From Proteromonas lacertae (Eukaryota): DNA of 56,287 bases. The stretch is from positions 124,001-180,287 of the forward strand of contig NGBS01000009.1 of assembly GCA_002245135.1 (NCBI GenBank), given 5' to 3'. The notes under the pieces are model-generated. The model searched no databases. It had not been told where the DNA came from and saw nothing but the letters and a program-made list of their open reading frames with translations. The position numbers and the translations under genes are program-made. Below are positions 49,401 through 56,287 of this stretch, piece after piece (positions within the stretch are counted from its first letter, which is position 1; every line of letters begins with the position of its first letter).

Positions 49401-52400
49401 GATCCTGAACCACTTCGTGTAGAATTTGTATCTTTCAGTATAATTGATGTTCAAGCTGATCTTCGAAATATAGCAATTGGTCCAAACGAATTAGTATCAC
49501 CAACTGTAAATATTTCAAGTAATAGTGAAAATCCAGCTCGTTCAATACCAGTATGGGTAACAGTGACATTTTCAGTTCCAGTAGTTGAATTTGATGAGAA
49601 TGATATTATACCAATGAATGGTTATAGAAGTAATTTAACTGACACTGGAGATCATAAGCATTTCCAGTTTGAATTATATCCAACCAAAACTGATTATTTC
49701 TGTGGTGTAACAATTCGTGCTGGTGCTGCTTTATCTGAACAAGGCCGATTTCCATCTAAAGCTTCTAACCCATTTTCTATTACCGCTTCTGATATATTAG
49801 AATTTGATTTAGACCCAATGAAAGGTGTTTTCTATTTATGGTATGATGATTTTTACAGTTTAAATGCAGCTAATAGTTGGACAACATTTACTGCTTATGG
49901 TTCTGGTTCATTCTATTTAGCTTTTGGTTCTGATAAGAGTTCAGGATCTAATAGATATGAATTATTATTTGATGGTCCAAATCATGTGAATTCAATCACA
50001 AGAGTATTCCAAGGTAAAAAGACAGAAATGTCTAAAATCACCAAAGAAATAGCAAAAGGAGAAAGTGGTGTGAATTTATGGGGTGCAGTTCAAAATGGTG
50101 TAATTAGAATGGGTTTAGGAACAGTGATAGGTGAACAAGAAATAGCAAAAACTCAAGATAGTAGTGTAATACCTGTAGAATTTATGAGTTGGGCAACTGG
50201 TGATGATTCTGCAGTTTATCGAAATATTCAAAGTGGAGAACATGAAACTTCAATGTCCGTTGAAATAACAACAAATATGGATTTCATAGTGAAAACTGCT
50301 CCAGTAACTGCAATATTTACATTCCCTCATCCTGTAGAAGATTTCATATTTAGTAGTATAAAATTTGATAAAGATTGTGAGAAAGGTTATAGTTTATTTA
50401 AGATTGATGAATATAACTATGCAATTGGTGTATTTAATAAACCAAATCGAACTTGTTCATTCTATTTACCTGGTCATAGTGTTTGTGATTTCTCTGGAAA
50501 TTGGAATTCTAAATCGAATACAGTGATAATAAATCCAAGTGATGAAGTCTTTCAATTCAAATTTGATTATTCAATGGATCATATTTATAGTTTCTATTAT
50601 GACAATTGGAAATCATTCGATTCAAGTGAAACAAACATTACATTTGATGTGAAATGTACTCAAAATGTTTATATTGCTTTATCTGAATTTGTTCCAATCA
50701 ATACAACTTCGTATGAAATAATATTAGGTGCTCAATATAATACTGAAATTCGATTGAATTCCTTAAGTGCTGATGGTACAGCTATATTATTATCTCGATC
50801 TAATGTTCCAGTTTGTTCAGCAGATACATATGTTTCAATGTATATAACAGTAGCAAACACTGAAAAAGGAGTAAGAATAACAGTAGGAAGTGGTAAAGAA
50901 TTTGGTGAGAATATATTATTAAGATATTATGATTCATCTGCTTCAACAATCAAACAAAAGTATGTATTATTCCGAACTGAAGGTTATGGAATTGATGTAA
51001 AGAATATAGCTGTAGGTCCAGCCAGTGGTGATGTTTCAGCTCCAACAGCCACACTATCAACAAAATTCTTAAATCCAACTTCAACATTACCAGTTAGTTG
51101 TACTTTAACATTCAGTGAACCAGTTCAAGGAATGAATGAGAAATTATTAAAAACAGTAAATGCTCAAATCAAAGGATATTTCCAGTTGACTTCTTCAACA
51201 TATTTCTTCTATTTACTTCCAATATCATCTCAAAGAGAAGCAACAGTTCAATTACCTGAAGGTTTAGTAATTGATCGAGCTGGAAATGGAAATAAAGCCT
51301 CCAATGTATTAATGATTCAATTAGCTGCTTCTATATTTGATTTTGGTTTATTTGGAGATCAACACCGCTATTATTCATATTATTATGAACAATGGAAATC
51401 TACAACACCTGGTGAAGTAATGGTTGATTTCTATGCAAGTGGCGAGCAATCCTTATGTGTTCAATTAATATCTAATCCAAATGTAGAATATCCATATTAT
51501 GAATTTTGCATAGATTTAAGGGAAGGAAGTATTATTTACGAAAATAGTTATACTGAATTATCTAAGGTTGATAGTACTGATTGGATTGTTCCAGATGAAT
51601 ATCGTCATTTTGGATTTGGTGTTAAAGATGGCATTTTGAATGCATATTACAATAATTTAGTTGTAATGAATCATACATTTGTGAATGAAAATTGGAAGAC
51701 TTTACAATATGTTTCATTTACTGGAAGTACATCACCAATTAATATTCGTCAAATAAGAGTAACTCCATATAATGGAGCAAGTGATAGACCAGTTCCAACA
51801 TTGTTAGTCAAAACCCCAGAACCAATTGAACAAGTTCCAATCTCAATGGAATTAATATTCAATATTCCAGTAACAGGAGTATATGATGAAAGTATATTGA
51901 ATATAACTGAAGGTAAAGGATATATAATGGATTTCCAAAATGTAGGTGGTAAATATTTGTTTGATTTTATTCCTTATTTATCTAATTCAACTACAAAATT
52001 GGAAGTAGTAGAAGGTAAAGCAATGTCTCGAACTGGTATAAATTCCACAAGTTCAAGTGTTTCAGTAAAGATTGGTAGTGATATAAAATTCTATTTAGCT
52101 TTACCATTATATAATGATATTGGTTTTCGAAATAGTGCTTGGCAAAGTTCTCGATATGGTCATGTTTATGTAGTATTTGATGCTAGATGTAGTAATGATA
52201 TAACAATAATCTTAACCACAACATTAAAGAATGCAAATCCCAAATATATAATAACATTAGGAAGTAATAAAAACACTCGAACTGAAATCCAAAGAATTCA
52301 AAATCAATATGTGAGTAGTGTAAGTTATTTAGGTGAAAGACCAATGTGTAATGATTATCGAGATGTATCTTATTGGATAGAACAAAATGGTAATCAGATT

Positions 52401-55400
52401 CATATTGGTTCAGGTCGTCAAATAGGTCATAATACATTATATAAATATACTGATCCTCAACCATTCTCAAGCCGTTATGTATCATTCAGTGCTTGGGATA
52501 CAAGTGTATTATACTCAAACATCCAAGTTGGTCCATATGATAAAAACAGTGTAGAAGGTGTAATATTTACCGAAACAATAATGCCAACCAATGTCGAAAA
52601 GATAGTGTGTGAAATCTATTGGACTAATCCAGTGGAAGATTTCACAATAGCTGATATAATAGCTACAAGTGTGAATGTGAATAATTTAACTCAAAAGAAT
52701 AATCAATGGTATACATTTGATGTATATCCTCAATCTTGTGGTGTTCATGAAATCTATATTCCTGCTAATGCTGTTTGGACAAAAGAAGGAGTAAAAAATA
52801 ATAAAACCTTACCATTATTTATTGAATGGTGTAATGAAAGACCAAAGCCAGTAATGTATGTTCCAACTCCAATTTCTGTCGAATATACTCCAATTCCTGT
52901 TTATATTGAATTCCAAAGACCAGTATATGGTTTTACAGTAGAAGATTTTACACTAAGTGGTGATAAAGCAACAGCTACTTTATTAACTCAATTGAATAAT
53001 TTAGTATATCAAGTATTAATAACTCCAAGTGGCGATAGTGTTAATAATGTGAACATTGAAATCGAAGAAAATCAATTACAAGATGTATATGGGAATAACA
53101 ATGAAGCTAGTGGAGTATATCGATTACCTAAATATAGTTCAAATGTGAAAGTATTTTCAGCTAATGAAAGTTATTACAATGTTCCATTAATCTTATCTCA
53201 ATGGTCAACAAAGACAGAAGGAATTTGTACAATAAAATTTGAAGCATTATGTACCAATGATATGTATATTTCTTTTTCTCAAGGTTTTACAGAAAATGAA
53301 GATAGTTATGCGATAGTCCCAGGAGCAAGTGGAAATACAGAATCAAGAATTCAAATAGGAAGTACCGTAATGGAATATGCTCATGGTGCAGTATGTAAAC
53401 CATGGAGATATGTATCTTATTGGGCTTCATTTGATGGAAGAAAGATTTCATTTGGTTTAGGAAATGAAATAGGAAAGAATGTAACAATATCTTATACAGA
53501 CACGAAGGATCGAAAGAATATGTATATTGGTTTAAGTAACTGGGATAATATAGTATTATATCGAAAGATTGAGATAGGTCCAGATAGTTATATGCCAGTT
53601 CGTGCTTCAATAAGATTAAGTACAAACTCATTATTATACAAATCAAAACCCAATAAAAGGTAATTTAACATTCACAAAAGCTGTGAAAGATTTTGATCAA
53701 AGTAAATTGAATATAACAGGTGGTAGTACAATTAGTTTATTCACCAAAATAAGTAATGTACTTTATCAATTTGAAATAACTCCTAAAGAAGGATATAGTA
53801 CAATTAATTTACCTAGTAATTCTGTAGTAGGTGAAGATGGTAAAAATAATGAAGAATCCAATATGATAGGATTTTATTATACAACAGCTGGTTTATATGG
53901 TTCATTTTCATCTCCAGTAGAAGATGTAGAAGTAATTCCATTCCCATTATGGTTAAGTTGGAATAAACCAGTTCTTGATTTTAGTACTGATAAGATCCAA
54001 TCTTCATCACATGGTTATTATAATGATACAGCAACAACTGGAAGTGTATTTTATATGAATGCTGCTTATACTGAAAGTATAACCAAAGTATCAATTGCTG
54101 AAAAGAAAATAACCTCGACATCTGGTGATTTAAATTTAGAAGTAATGACATATGAAGTACCTCCATATGCTGCTCAATTAAAGAATTATAATGTTCCAGC
54201 TAATCGAAATGGTGAACCATTTGCAGTAAATACTTGGTGTAATAAAGGTCGAAATCACATGTATGTAAGTTTCCAAGCTGATTGTTCTGATGGTTTAGCT
54301 GTTGGTTTTACTCCTAATTTGAATGAAAAAATGAATGTTTATGAAATAGAGATAAGTCATTTTGGTAATTCTAAGAGTACAATAAAAAGAGTTCGAAATA
54401 CAGCTGTAAAAGCAAGTCATGAAGAAAGCTTTATGTAGTAGTGGAAAATTAATATCATTATGGGCTAAAATAGTAAATGGTACAATAACAGTAGGTAAAG
54501 GTGTAACAGTTGATGAGAATGAGATAATGAAATATGTTGATGATAATCCATTAGAAGTGAAATATGTTTATTTCTCATCTTATTCTGATAAAGTAAAAAT
54601 AAGTGAAATATCTGTAGGTCCAACCAATCTTGATACTCCAATATTAACAGTGAAAGAAGCTGCAAGTGAAGAATATGCGATGGTAATTCCTGTATCTTTA
54701 AGTCATCCAGGTATAGTATATTGTTTCCCTCGTTTATATCCAAGTACAACTCCCTTAAGACAACACTTCTTATTATATGGTAAACATGTTCGAGTAGAAG
54801 CTGAATCAATGAAAGATATCCATGTTTATAACTTGACAGGTGGTGCTAGATATTCCGTTTGGTGTTATGCTGAAGATGATAATGGTGTTCCAATAACTGA
54901 TGATAATATGTATAAACAAGGTCAAACAGTGACAGTAAAAGGATCCTCTCCTTATCCAATTCCTTATATTTATTATATAGCTGGAAAGAGACTAGTTTAA
55001 AGATTTCTTGTGGCAATGAATTCAATGGGAACATTAATAGCTTATGCAGTTCCAGTTGGTTCAAAGAAACCCAGCCAACATGAAATAAGAAATTATGGAC
55101 AGCAATACTATTTAGAAGAACCAAACAAAGAATATGATGTAGAATATAGTAAAGGAATAGTTTATTTAGTATCTTATGATATTTATTTTGTTACATATGT
55201 AAGTGGTATAGTATCTCCTGAAAATATGATAGCTTCAACTCAACATACAGTTGATACAGATGGAACATGTGAAATATTTAATAATGTAATGTGTAATGAT
55301 GCAGGTAGTTGTTTAGATGGTGAATGTGTATGTAATCCTGGTTATCATGGATATAATTGTAATGTTCAATGTGCTGGTTGGACAGGTGAATCTGATTGTG

Positions 55401-55786
55401 ATGGTCATGGAGAATGTAATGGGTTTAGTGGTCAATGTCAATGTAAAAAATTATATCATGGTAAAGCTTGTAATATTCAATGTCCAAATAATGGTGTAAA
55501 TGAATGTAATGGTCATGGTTTCTGTAGTGTTGAAAATAATAAAGGAGTATGTCATTGTCATGAACCTTATGAAGGAAGTGGATGTGAGATTGGTCCAGCT
55601 GAAAAGAAGAAGAAACAAACAACCTTTATAATAATTGGTTCAGTATGTGGTGTAGTTGTATTGATTGGAATAGCTGGTTTGATAATTTGGTTGAATAGAG
55701 CTAAGATTCCCAAGGCATTACCTACGAAAGTTAAAGCAAAGGGTGATTTAGATGCTGATGTATGGATGTATAACCAATTATCATAA
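46491..55786 (+). CDS. ~3,070-aa type I membrane protein: signal peptide, about 12 bacterial Ig-like (Big_12-like) domains interleaved with about 8 FAMeT-like (Methyltransf_FA) domains, one fibrinogen-C-like segment, 2 beta-sandwich units, 3 EGF-like repeats, TM, short tail
   Basis: MNFRFTTVLLLIFASCCY signal; two introns before 46700. TYCDQETAGGGWTLF (fibrinogen-like). Ig repeats P.v.ltFSe.V.gf......y.f.v.P......D.aGN.N.aS. FAMeT repeats FdarC.nD..i.ls....YeiilG...Nt.s.i......C....vsyW......I..G.G...Gen. EGF CNGHG.C...C.C...Y.G..C. TM FIIIGSVCGVVVLIGIAGLIIWL. Frame breaks at ~49050, ~53625, ~54426 and ~54986/55008. Confidence 0.85.
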
Positions 55787-56287
55787 ATTTGTTTTACTTT
55801 CTATTTCTTTTCATGATATTATTATTATTAATTGCTATAGAATTGTTTAATTGGATAAATATAAAATAGTATTATAATACTAACATATATCTAGTTATTA
55901 TTTGATATTTAAATATAATTTGTATAAATAAATCATTGATACATATATATGAAAGATGAAAAGAGTATTACAGTCTTTAAGTAACTGAACAATAAACCCA
56001 ATTCAACAAGAATATAAAATAAAAATAAAGCAAATTATAGAATGTAGAATATTTTAAGTTATAATATGTAAAGACGATGTAATGTAGTAGCTAGAAGAAG
56101 AATCCTGGATCAAAATATCATCAATCAAACTGAAAGGATAAATTGACATTCCTTTTTACTTCTATTTGCTTCATTTTTACTTAAATCACTTGTTAAAGGA
56201 GTTCCTTTCTTTAACAGTATACGATTCTTATGCTCTGGTTCACTTTAATTGGAACAAATATTGTTAAGATTCATTCATGAAGTGTAA

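Noticed and set aside
54995..55003. In-frame TAA between ORFs 54419-55000 and 55010-55786, suggesting readthrough or a non-standard code
   Set aside because: A compensating -1/+1 indel pair gives AGKETSLKISVAMN, which fits the preceding repeat better. TAA and TAG act as normal stops elsewhere, and Gln is CAA/CAG.
46784..55622. Minus-strand and alternate-frame short ORFs within the Ig/FAMeT gene
   Set aside because: Shadow ORFs produced by codon bias; no motifs.
56050..56287. Possible 3' end of a minus-strand gene at the right edge
   Set aside because: Only short open stretches in different frames; no identifiable product.

Overview
Gene-dense, very AT-rich eukaryotic (protist) nuclear DNA, standard genetic code, with tiny (24-48 nt) GT(A/AT)...(T/C)AG spliceosomal introns and intergenic gaps often under 150 bp. 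Intron style, a TGTTTGTT 3' element and an LRRC72-like gene suggest a Blastocystis/Proteromonas-type stramenopile (inference only). After splicing by hand I find 14 genes. In order: a >7,400-aa LamG/IPT-TIG/GCC2-GCC3 surface protein that runs off the left edge and is mostly missed by the ORF track; a pseudokinase-LRR; a truncated Hsp70; an ATP-grasp-like/ankyrin protein; LRRC72-like; a USP deubiquitinase; a PHD finger + MT-A70 (DPPY) adenine methyltransferase-family protein head-to-head with EMC5; a P/Q/Y-rich CCCH + Cys-repeat protein; a GT-B glycosyltransferase; a tetraspanin whose ATG appears split by an intron; a multi-zinc-ribbon protein; a zf-MYND-Aha1C fusion directly downstream of a TPR-SMYD methyltransferase; and a ~3,070-aa type I membrane protein alternating bacterial-Ig-like and FAMeT-like domains. 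About 16 single-base frame breaks in seven genes look like assembly indels. No RNA genes, mobile elements or CRISPR arrays were recognised. Domain calls come from motif recognition, not database searches.
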